This document shows positions 32,197 to 39,981 of a stretch of DNA of 64,000 nucleotides, in pieces. A program made the translations under genes and the position numbers. The DNA lies in the NCBI GenBank assembly GCA_964526475.1, contig CAZGKF010000009.1, forward strand, positions 10,248-74,247, read 5' to 3'. The notes beneath the pieces were generated by a model. That model was not told the DNA's origin and made no database searches. It worked only from the letters and a program-made list of their open reading frames with translations. The DNA comes from an uncultured Bacteroidaceae bacterium. Lineage in GTDB: Bacteria > Bacteroidota > Bacteroidia > Bacteroidales > GCA-2748055. How positions within the stretch are numbered: the first letter of the stretch is position 1; each line of letters starts with the position of its first letter.

Positions 32197-32259
32197 GCCC
32201 CTTGTGGTTGAACCTTTCCGAATGGCCCAGTTGTTTCGTTTTGGGCGGCCACAAGGGGC
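32197..32259. repeat. Perfect 11-bp inverted repeat with a 41-nt spacer (GC-rich hairpin element)
   Basis: GCCCCTTGTGG (32197-32207) pairs with CCACAAGGGGC (32249-32259). It is embedded in AT-rich non-coding sequence. Confidence 0.7.
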
Positions 32260-32581
32260 GTCTGTACAATGAAAAAATCAGCTGGCAGTTAATATTTATT
32301 TTAACACATTTAAATATATTTACGTGAAAATATAAACTAAAAGACACTTTCACGAAAAAATGTGCCCCATATTATTAAGCGATAGAATAATAAAGAGTTT
32401 AGGTTCAGAAAAAGCCTTCATGATTATTTTTATTCGGAGCAATAATTTGAAAACATACAGCTTTATGGATTTACCCTGATGCTATGAATATTAGCGGTTA
32501 TGAGATCAGCATTTTCATAAAGCTGGTGAATAGTTATTTATTCTGAGATATACTTGCAAACGCAGAATTACGAAAAATTAT

Positions 32582-33088
32582 ATGACAACCACCCTCGAAC
32601 ACCTTCTCACTAATTTTTACAAAGACCAGATGATTTCAGGCATGGCTGCCAATCCCGCTTTTTTTGAGGAAGCCGTTCACCTGGCCATTTCAGATAAACA
32701 GCCTTACGCCTGGAGGGCATCGTGGTTGCTCTGGAGCTGCATGGATACCAATGACCAACGAATAAGAAAACATATCCCGGATATTATTCAGTTTCTCCCT
32801 GCCTGCAGAGACAACCAGCAAAGGGAGTTGCTCAAGATACTTTACCTGATGGAAATGGATGAGGAGCATGAAGGGATACTATACTGCCATTGCGTGAGTA
32901 TCTGGGAAAAGCTCAACAAACAACCCTCGGCAAGATACAATGCCTTTAAAATGATCCTGAAAATCGCAAAAAAATACCCTGAACTGTACCAGGAAATTGG
33001 ATTTCTTACACAGGAACAGTACACCGAAACACTCACCCCGGCTGTAAGAAGAGGTGTACTAAGAATGTTAAAGGAATCTAAACAGTAA
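32582..33088 (+). CDS. Hypothetical all-helical (HEAT/ARM-like) protein
   Basis: 168-aa intact ORF; helical repeat character. It sits directly upstream of an AlkD-type HEAT-like repeat protein. No secure family. Confidence 0.4.
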   Translation: MTTTLEHLLTNFYKDQMISGMAANPAFFEEAVHLAISDKQPYAWRASWLLWSCMDTNDQRIRKHIPDIIQFLPACRDNQQRELLKILYLMEMDEEHEGILYCHCVSIWEKLNKQPSARYNAFKMILKIAKKYPELYQEIGFLTQEQYTETLTPAVRRGVLRMLKESKQ

Positions 33089-33103
33089 ATAACCCAACTT
33101 ACC

Positions 33104-33832
33104 ATGAACCCTGTCATTTCTATTGCACGCAATAAGCTCAAAGAAAGCATTGACGAAAAAACCATTGTCACCGGACAGAACTTTTTCAAAGAGAAAATAA
33201 AGTCTTATGGAGTAAAAGTTCCGGTAGTCCACAAAATAAGCAGAGAACTTTTTGTCTCAGTGAAAAATATGCCGAAAGAGGAAATCTTTACTATTTGTGA
33301 AGAATTCTGGCGTTCAGGTTTTCTGGAAGAATCCTTTATTGCCTGTAACTGGTCATATTATCTGCATAAGAATTTTGAACCTTCTGATTTTGAAATTTTC
33401 AAAAGGTGGATTTCCAAATATGTAAAAAACTGGGCATCATGCGACACATTTTGCAATCATACGGTAGGTACCTTTATTGAAATGTATCCTGCTTTTCTGC
33501 CCAGGTTAAAAGAAATGACCAAATCTAAACACCGCTGGATGCGGCGTGCTTCCGCTGTCTCATTGATCGTCCCCGCCCGCAAAGGGAAGTTTCTGAAAGA
33601 AATTTTAGAAATAGCCGATTACCTGTTGCATGATAAAGATGATATGGTTCAGAAAGGATATGGATGGATGCTTAAAGTGGCGAGTAAGCCACATCAGATG
33701 GAGATTTTCAATTTTGTCATATCAAGAAAAGAAACTATGCCAAGAACAGCATTGAGATATGCGATCGAAAAAATGCCGGAGGAATTGAAATCAAAGGCAA
33801 TGGAAAAATATGGTCTTTCGAAAATAAAATAA
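33104..33832 (+). CDS. DNA alkylation repair protein (AlkD/AlkC-type HEAT-like repeat family)
   Basis: 242 aa; ..NWASCDTFCNHTVG..HRWMRRASAVSLIVPARKG..DDMVQKGYGWMLKVAS.. are motifs I associate with the DNA_alkylation (PF08713) family. Confidence 0.75.
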   Translation: MNPVISIARNKLKESIDEKTIVTGQNFFKEKIKSYGVKVPVVHKISRELFVSVKNMPKEEIFTICEEFWRSGFLEESFIACNWSYYLHKNFEPSDFEIFKRWISKYVKNWASCDTFCNHTVGTFIEMYPAFLPRLKEMTKSKHRWMRRASAVSLIVPARKGKFLKEILEIADYLLHDKDDMVQKGYGWMLKVASKPHQMEIFNFVISRKETMPRTALRYAIEKMPEELKSKAMEKYGLSKIK

Positions 33833-33885
33833 ATAAAATTAGACTTAAAAATCCAAATTGAATTTTTTGGGCCGGTTTTAATAAA

Positions 33886-34406
33886 AAAGGAATATCACAA
33901 GCTGGTTAAGGATGATAAACTGGATCCCGAAATCCATAGCAATCCACTGAATGATTCAATAAAAGCAAAAGATCTTTTTTATGACGAAATCGCTGCTTTT
34001 CAGGATATCGATGAATCGTTGAAAGTAATATACTACAGGCTCCTTGCTGTCCCCTCCTGCTTTGGAAATTTTTTCAGATATTGTAATTACACCTCCGAAA
34101 TAAACAATGAGCAGTTGGAAGCTCTCATCCATGACCATTTCCAAGGAAAAATTTGTTAAGAAGCGGAGCTTAAAGATTTTATTCATGAAAAACCTGAAGA
34201 TTACCGTGCAGTTGAGTCATAAAGATGTGCAACTTGACTATTTCAGATATATCCAGCTTCGCATGTCTGAACTCAATAGTGGCGATGCACTTATTGCAAA
34301 TCCGGAAGGATTTACCAACCCTAAAGGCCAAATGGTTTTGAAGTTTTCAAGTCATTTTAGAGGGAAACTTGAAAAACTCCGGAATGATGGCTACCATATA
34401 AAATAA
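33886..34406 (+). pseudogene. Unknown gene split over three reading frames (at least two frameshifts)
   Basis: Consecutive stop-free segments lie in different frames: KKEYHKLVKDDKLDPEIHSNPLNDSIKAKDLFYDEIAAFQDIDESLKVIYYRLLAV..NNEQLEALIHDHFQGKIC*, then EAELKDFIHEKPEDYRAVES*, then KDVQLDYFRYIQLRMSELNSGDALIANPEGFTNPKGQMVLKFSSHFRGKLEKLRNDGYHIK*. No segment has a convincing start codon of its own. Confidence 0.4.
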
Positions 34407-34500
34407 GCTCTGGTAAATTTCATAGTTTATTGGAGGGATGATAAAACAGACAGAGAAGTGAAAATTGTATTGGGGGAGGTATGTTTTGGGAAGGTGGAGG

Positions 34501-34577
34501 ATATCATGTTTTTAAATGATATTTCAATATATCACTTAATTGAGTGATATATTTGCTTATCACGCATAAATGTGATA
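34501..34577. promoter_or_regulatory. Three consecutive inverted repeats sharing an ATATCA(C)/(G)TGATAT core, upstream of the SatD-family gene (candidate operator array)
   Basis: ATATCA-N10-TGATAT (34501-34522); AATATATCACT-N6-AGTGATATATT, perfect 11-nt arms (34526-34553); TATCAC-N8-GTGATA (34558-34577). The ATG of the downstream gene is at 34597. Confidence 0.45.
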
Positions 34578-34596
34578 CATTTGAAAAAAAAGCAGT

Positions 34597-35205
34597 ATGA
34601 CAAGCATAATAACCGGTGATATTATACATTCTCAGAAAGCGAATCCACAGATTTGGCTGGGGAAACTTAAATCGGAATTAAGTAATGTCGGGAGTAATCC
34701 TGAAACCTGGGAAATATACCGGGGTGATAGTTTTCAGGTGGAAATTAAAGATCCGTCGTATGCCCTTTTAGCAACGATAAAAATAAAGGCTGCTATTAAA
34801 TGTATAAAACAAATCGATGTTCGAATGGCCATAGGCATAGGAGAAAAAACCTATACGGCCTCAACGGTTACAGAGTCAAATGGAACTGCTTTTATTTATT
34901 CGGGAGAAATATTTGAAAAACTTGTAAAGGAAAAACAAAACCTGGCTATTGCAACTTCATCCGAGGCATTTAACGACGAAATGAACCTGCTATTCCGCTT
35001 TGCCCTGATAGCGATGGACAATTGGACCAATAACTCGGCTGAAATGGTATACCTTGCATTGACAAATCCCGGTTTTTCACAAAAAGAATTAGGTGAAATG
35101 CTTGGTATTAAGCAAAATGCTGTGAGTAACAGGTTAAAACGGGCATATTACGATGAAATTTCAGAACTGCTTACCAGATACCAAATCAAACTAAAAGAAC
35201 TTTAA
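34597..35205 (+). CDS. SatD-family protein (N-terminal GD..RGD motif domain + C-terminal HTH)
   Basis: 202 aa; MTSIITGDIIHSQ..WEIYRGDSFQVEI..VRMAIGIGE.. and the C-terminal ..QKELGEMLGIKQNAVSNRLKRA.. match my recollection of PF16264 SatD proteins. Confidence 0.6.
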   Translation: MTSIITGDIIHSQKANPQIWLGKLKSELSNVGSNPETWEIYRGDSFQVEIKDPSYALLATIKIKAAIKCIKQIDVRMAIGIGEKTYTASTVTESNGTAFIYSGEIFEKLVKEKQNLAIATSSEAFNDEMNLLFRFALIAMDNWTNNSAEMVYLALTNPGFSQKELGEMLGIKQNAVSNRLKRAYYDEISELLTRYQIKLKEL

Positions 35206-35206
35206 A

Positions 35207-35911
35207 ATGATACTCATTAAACTAATCCTGGCACACTTGCTGGGTGATTTTATATTTCAACCAAATTCATGGGTAGCTGCCAAGGAACAAAAAAAACTAA
35301 AAGCCTGGCAGCTATATATTCATGCCCTGATACATTTCGCGCTGATAACTTTACTTGTGTGGCAAACTGCTTTTATTAAATGGGCACTATTGTTAACAGG
35401 AGCTCATTTAATAACTGACATCTTGAAATTGTATTTTCACAAGGAACAAACCAAACGACTCTGGTTTTTTATAGACCAGCTATTTCACTTCGTGCTAATT
35501 ATTATAGTCTGGTCATGGAGCCAGTCAGCCTGGGTTATACCGGAATTTGTAAAAGATGAAAAAATTCTCTTGCTCATTACATGTGTATATGCCCTTACGC
35601 AGCCGATATCGGTCTTAATTCGAAATATCATTTCCCGTTGGACCCCGGATACCAATACAAATAATTCAGAATCATTGGCTAATGCTGGAAATTTCATAGG
35701 TATCCTTGAACGAATGTTTGTATTTGCCTTTGTAGTATCCGGGAATTGGGATGCCATTGGATTTCTGTTAGCTGCAAAATCAATTTTCCGATTTGGTGAT
35801 TTAAAGGAATCAAAAGACAGAAAACTTACCGAGTATGTATTGATTGGTACTCTGTTAAGTTTTGGTATAGCCATCTTAATCGGAATGATTTTCAATGGAG
35901 TGAAAATATGA
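35207..35911 (+). CDS. DUF3307-family membrane protein
   Basis: 234 aa; N-terminal LILAHLLGDFIFQPNSW motif and 6-7 TM helices. It starts 1 nt after the SatD stop. Confidence 0.6.
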   Translation: MILIKLILAHLLGDFIFQPNSWVAAKEQKKLKAWQLYIHALIHFALITLLVWQTAFIKWALLLTGAHLITDILKLYFHKEQTKRLWFFIDQLFHFVLIIIVWSWSQSAWVIPEFVKDEKILLLITCVYALTQPISVLIRNIISRWTPDTNTNNSESLANAGNFIGILERMFVFAFVVSGNWDAIGFLLAAKSIFRFGDLKESKDRKLTEYVLIGTLLSFGIAILIGMIFNGVKI

Positions 35912-36542
35912 CAGAACCCCTGCCTGCTTTTATTATCCAATCAGGTATATGTATTTCAGTGCTCTGAGTCATTTAATGGGCCTGTTTTCGGCCTATATTC
36001 TGGAAATATTTGCGACAAAAAGAAATTCTTTCTTGTAGTTCTTCCGAAATCGCAACCCGATTTCGTCCTGCGATAGTTTATTTATTCATATATCTCTTCT
36101 TTATTTATTCCCTTAATGGATTGCTTTTGAACATATAAATAAAAAATGAAATGCATCATCAAAAACACGCCCCAAATGAGAGCTGTAGTATAAACAACCC
36201 TAATATTCTCAGACGGTGAATGAAAGCCTAGCAAAAACCAGAATAGCGATATAGAAATAAAGAGTAAAAAGGTGACAAAATGAAAGCGGAATCCAACAAA
36301 TAAGTTTTAACTTTACTTCAGCGATATTGTTATTGGCAGTTTTTACAAGACAATTTGATCAAAGGCGCAAACTTAGGTATAAAGAGTAGCCCGTTAGGGG
36401 GATGGGGGGTTACACCAGAATTTGGAGTATTTATTACTTTCCGGAGCAGACTCAAATTTGTAATTTAACAATCGCAATACCCCTTCGCGCCTGAAAAAGC
36501 TGATAAGGTAAATAACTAATTAAAACTAACTAAACCAAAATC

Positions 36543-37472
36543 ATGAAAGACTATTTTAATTTCAATTTAACAGGGAAGAAACTTTTACCAGTCTGGATAG
36601 TATTCCTGATAACATTTTTAGCTCCTTATGTAGCTTTAATATTTCAATTGAAGGATGTCCAACCGGGGGATACACCTTCTTTATGGATTTTTCCGCTTAT
36701 AATTTTACTGTTATTAATTGCTTTTATTTTGGCATTTTACATCGCGAAATTGACAATTGAGAATGTCTCCTATAAAGATAAATCCATTGTCTTTAATGGA
36801 ACTATTGGTAAATATACCGGGACTGTTATTCTTGGGCTATTTCTAAGTATTATTACGCTGGGGGTTTATCTTGCCTGGTTTATAAGAAATATCCATGGAT
36901 TCTTCATTGATAATTCAAGCTATAATTCAATGAACTTTAAATTTCAAGGAAAGGGAGGAAAGCTATTTGTAATTTTATTATTAACCTTATTGTTACCGAT
37001 AATTATTTTTGCAGTTTTAATGGCTAAATTTATGATAAGTGATCCGGGTAAATACATGGGCATAGTAATTATTCAACAAATTGTCATGATGATAATTATG
37101 ATCCCATATATGTATTTAATATATAAATGGATGGTTAATGTTGACTATAAGGATTACCACATTAAATGGGAGACTGATTTTTGGAATTCATGCGGTAAGA
37201 TCGCCGTTGAAATGATACTGACCATTATTACTATTGGAATTTACATGCCTTTGGCCGGACTTCGTTTGTATAAATATTTTGCTGAAAAGACTACATCTAC
37301 GTCAGATGAGAGAAAACTCAAGTTCGGATATGATATCGACCCGTTAAATGATTTCCTGTTTATTTGGGGACAGTCTCTTTTAACCATAATCACGTTGGGC
37401 ATTTATTTTCCCTGGGCATTCTGTAAAATAGGGGACAGAATATTAAGTAAAACCTATTTGGCAGAGGCTTAA
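36543..37472 (+). CDS. DUF898 (YjgN-like) family membrane protein
   Basis: 309 aa; repeated TM pairs each ending in a ..TLGIY.PWA.. type motif (ITLGVYLAWF, TIGIYMPLAG, TLGIYFPWAFCK). Confidence 0.7.
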   Translation: MKDYFNFNLTGKKLLPVWIVFLITFLAPYVALIFQLKDVQPGDTPSLWIFPLIILLLLIAFILAFYIAKLTIENVSYKDKSIVFNGTIGKYTGTVILGLFLSIITLGVYLAWFIRNIHGFFIDNSSYNSMNFKFQGKGGKLFVILLLTLLLPIIIFAVLMAKFMISDPGKYMGIVIIQQIVMMIIMIPYMYLIYKWMVNVDYKDYHIKWETDFWNSCGKIAVEMILTIITIGIYMPLAGLRLYKYFAEKTTSTSDERKLKFGYDIDPLNDFLFIWGQSLLTIITLGIYFPWAFCKIGDRILSKTYLAEA

Positions 37473-37483
37473 GGCTGCATAGT

Positions 37484-38191
37484 TCAGTTACCCTTCAGCA
37501 AAACCTGCTTACCCAACACCCATAACCACACAACATGAACCAGTAATGCCATACCGATTACCAAACCGGAATGGGGATACTTAATAACCATCGTAATCCA
37601 GTAGGGTGGGAAAAACCAAGATAAAACTGTTAGCCACTTCATAGCAAACAGATCAGTAAATGCAAAGAGAACAAATAAATTCAATGCTTTGGCAAAGGTC
37701 AGCCCCTTTACTTTGTCATCGGCGCCCTGGAAAATTAATAACCCGATAATTGCAGAATATATAGCCATAAGCAGGGATAAAAATAGAACCAGGATCCATG
37801 GCAGACTGACCAGGCTTAGGACATAGAAACCGGCTATACAATATACAAAGGATAAAATGGAAGCAAATGAAAGTCTGTTAATTAAGTACCCACTCCTTCC
37901 CAGGGGTGTTACCGACATTAATTCGGCAATGTTTCCATCCCGCTCATCCAGCATCATAAATCCGGTAACTATACCCAGCAGGCCTGAATTTATCAACAAC
38001 ACGAATACTAAAATGTAATTAAGCCAGGGTAAAAGATCAAAGCCTGTTTTAATAGTAATAAACGGGATGAGAAATATCACCAGCAGCTTAAAAACTATGA
38101 TCGTGAAAACCGGCGCCATCATCACGATAGTCATGACCGGATCGCGCATAATCTGTTTAATATCGTTCTTAAAATGAATGATTTGTATCAT
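37484..38191 (-). CDS. ABC-2-type exporter permease subunit
   Basis: 235 aa, 6 TM; last gene of a 3-gene operon with an ABC ATPase. 5-nt gap to the preceding permease. Confidence 0.7.
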   Translation of the reverse strand: MIQIIHFKNDIKQIMRDPVMTIVMMAPVFTIIVFKLLVIFLIPFITIKTGFDLLPWLNYILVFVLLINSGLLGIVTGFMMLDERDGNIAELMSVTPLGRSGYLINRLSFASILSFVYCIAGFYVLSLVSLPWILVLFLSLLMAIYSAIIGLLIFQGADDKVKGLTFAKALNLFVLFAFTDLFAMKWLTVLSWFFPPYWITMVIKYPHSGLVIGMALLVHVVWLWVLGKQVLLKGN

Positions 38192-38196
38192 GGTGC

Positions 38197-38889
38197 TTAA
38201 TCCTGGTAAACAATTTTATTTTCAAATACACGCATGGTCCGGAGCAAGAACAGATAGTTCATTCCGGTAAGGTAGAGAATCAATCCAAATGCTTCATACC
38301 ATTCAATTCCCATATAGGCTCCCAACATTAACCGTAATGCTGCCACACTGGGAATAACTGTAAACAGGTATGAAAACGGAAATCCTATCAGCGAAAAGCA
38401 TGGCAGAACAAAGAGCAGCATATACGGAATGGTTTTTAACATATACTGATTTACCGTATTGCAACCGGCATTGATCATAATGCCGGCCATGGTGAAAACT
38501 CCTGAGGTTAAAATAGTTGACAGCAGGAGCAGCAACCAGTTAACACTTCCATGGTGACTGAATAAAGTAATGGCAAAAGCCGCCAGCACTGATATAATTG
38601 CCAGGGAAATTACTTTGGATAGTATGTATTCTCTTGTTCGCAACGGTGATACCACCAGTACCATAAGTACTCCCTGAGTTTTTTCAAGCAATATGATTCC
38701 GCCGATGAAGAATAGTCCGAGAACCGAGGGATCGGAGAAAACGACCAATGGAAGCGCTATGGAAAAAATGTCCGGAGGTAAAAACGAAAGAATGATCAGG
38801 TACATGATGGTAATTATTACATACACCAGATAAAATCCCTGTTTCATCTGAAATTGCATATCTGCCCAAATAGCGTGGATCAGCCTCAT
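38197..38889 (-). CDS. ABC-2-type exporter permease subunit
   Basis: 230 aa, 6 TM; overlaps the ATPase stop by 4 nt (ATGA-type coupling). Confidence 0.7.
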   Translation of the reverse strand: MRLIHAIWADMQFQMKQGFYLVYVIITIMYLIILSFLPPDIFSIALPLVVFSDPSVLGLFFIGGIILLEKTQGVLMVLVVSPLRTREYILSKVISLAIISVLAAFAITLFSHHGSVNWLLLLLSTILTSGVFTMAGIMINAGCNTVNQYMLKTIPYMLLFVLPCFSLIGFPFSYLFTVIPSVAALRLMLGAYMGIEWYEAFGLILYLTGMNYLFLLRTMRVFENKIVYQD

Positions 38890-39740
38890 AACAGCTTCCT
38901 CCCGGTTAATTTGATAAATATGTCCTCCAGGGTAGCCTCCATACTGTGAATGGTTTTTATTTCCGAGCTTTTCAGGATATCCATAAACGCATTATTGCTC
39001 CCAAGACCATTCATTTCAAAATCCTGTAACGAAAGTTTTCCATTCCATGTATATTCTACCTTAACAGCCCTTTTACCATATTCCACCATTAAATCACCGG
39101 GGGAACCAATTAATACAATCTGCCCGTCAACAATAAATGCCACTCTGTCGCACAGCTGTTCTGCCACAGTCATGTTATGGGTTGTCAGAAAAATTGTTTT
39201 CCCTTCTTTCTTCTGCTTCAGGATAATTTCTTTTATGATATTAGCATTTACCGGATCAAGACCGGAAGTAGGTTCATCGAAAAACATCAGCCTGGGGTTG
39301 TGCATTATTGAACGGATAAAGTTAAGGCGCATCTTCATTCCTTTTGAGAAGCTCTCAACACGCGTATCCTTGTCGGGAAGTAAGCCAACCAGATCAAGCA
39401 TTTTATCCGGGTTTTCGACCGGATTCTTATAATATGCACCAATAAGCTGTAGATTTTCTTTGGCTGTCAGTTTTGTATAGAGGTTGGGGAAATCAAATGC
39501 CACCCCGATCTGCTCATAGAAATCTTTGCCCCAAAGGCTTCTTTCTTTCCCCAGCACTTCAATATGTCCCTGATAATTTCTGAGCAACCCGATAACAAGA
39601 CGTTGGGTGGTCGTTTTGCCTGCCCCGCTGGGCCCCAGAAATCCAAAAACTTCTCCATCGCGAATGTCAAACTGCATATCACGAATAGCTTGTTTCTGAG
39701 TCTTTCTGTAAGTAAAATTTAAGCTGTTAATCTGAATCAT
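38886..39740 (-). CDS. ABC transporter ATP-binding protein
   Basis: Walker A GFLGPSGAGKTT, signature FSKGMKMRL, Walker B LMFFDEPTSGLD. The likely start is MIQINSLNFTYRK at 39740; the ORF-track start 39764 adds 8 codons that overlap the upstream fragment. Confidence 0.9.
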   Translation of the reverse strand: MIQINSLNFTYRKTQKQAIRDMQFDIRDGEVFGFLGPSGAGKTTTQRLVIGLLRNYQGHIEVLGKERSLWGKDFYEQIGVAFDFPNLYTKLTAKENLQLIGAYYKNPVENPDKMLDLVGLLPDKDTRVESFSKGMKMRLNFIRSIMHNPRLMFFDEPTSGLDPVNANIIKEIILKQKKEGKTIFLTTHNMTVAEQLCDRVAFIVDGQIVLIGSPGDLMVEYGKRAVKVEYTWNGKLSLQDFEMNGLGSNNAFMDILKSSEIKTIHSMEATLEDIFIKLTGRKLL

Positions 39741-39744
39741 AATA

Positions 39745-39981
39745 TTAATCCACTTTAATTTCATTTAGTAAACCTCTGTTTATTGCATTGCTATCGGTAA
39801 AAATACCTCCCCTAATTGCATTCGTACCGCAAAGTATAAAAACTTTTGGCTCAGGAACTGCTTTGTATACTATTTCCAGCGCTTCAGCCATATTACCGGA
39901 TACAGGGCCTGTAACTAAAATCCCATCGGCATGACGTGGTGAAGCCACAAAATCAATTCCGAAACGCCCAATCTCTGCCAA
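39745..39981 (-). pseudogene. Internal fragment of a NuoB / HycG-type (20-kDa, [4Fe-4S]) subunit of a group-4 [NiFe] hydrogenase or complex I
   Basis: 78 codons: ..EIGRFGIDFVASPRHADGILVTGPVSGNMAEALEIVYKAVPEPKVFILCGTNAIRGGIFTDSNAINRGLLNEIKVD*. This is colinear with the ..ERFGI..SPRHAD.L..TG.V...M...L......P.PK....G.C...GGIF........G....I.VD.. core of the family. The N-terminal Cys-rich part and the C-terminal ..IPGCPP.. motif are absent. A stop codon lies immediately upstream of the TTG. Confidence 0.7.

Noticed and set aside
39745-39981. A functional hydrogenase / complex I subunit gene
   Set aside because: It has only 78 codons, lacks the N-terminal Cys ligands and the C-terminal GCPP motif, has a stop codon directly upstream, has no partner subunits nearby, and overlaps both neighbours.
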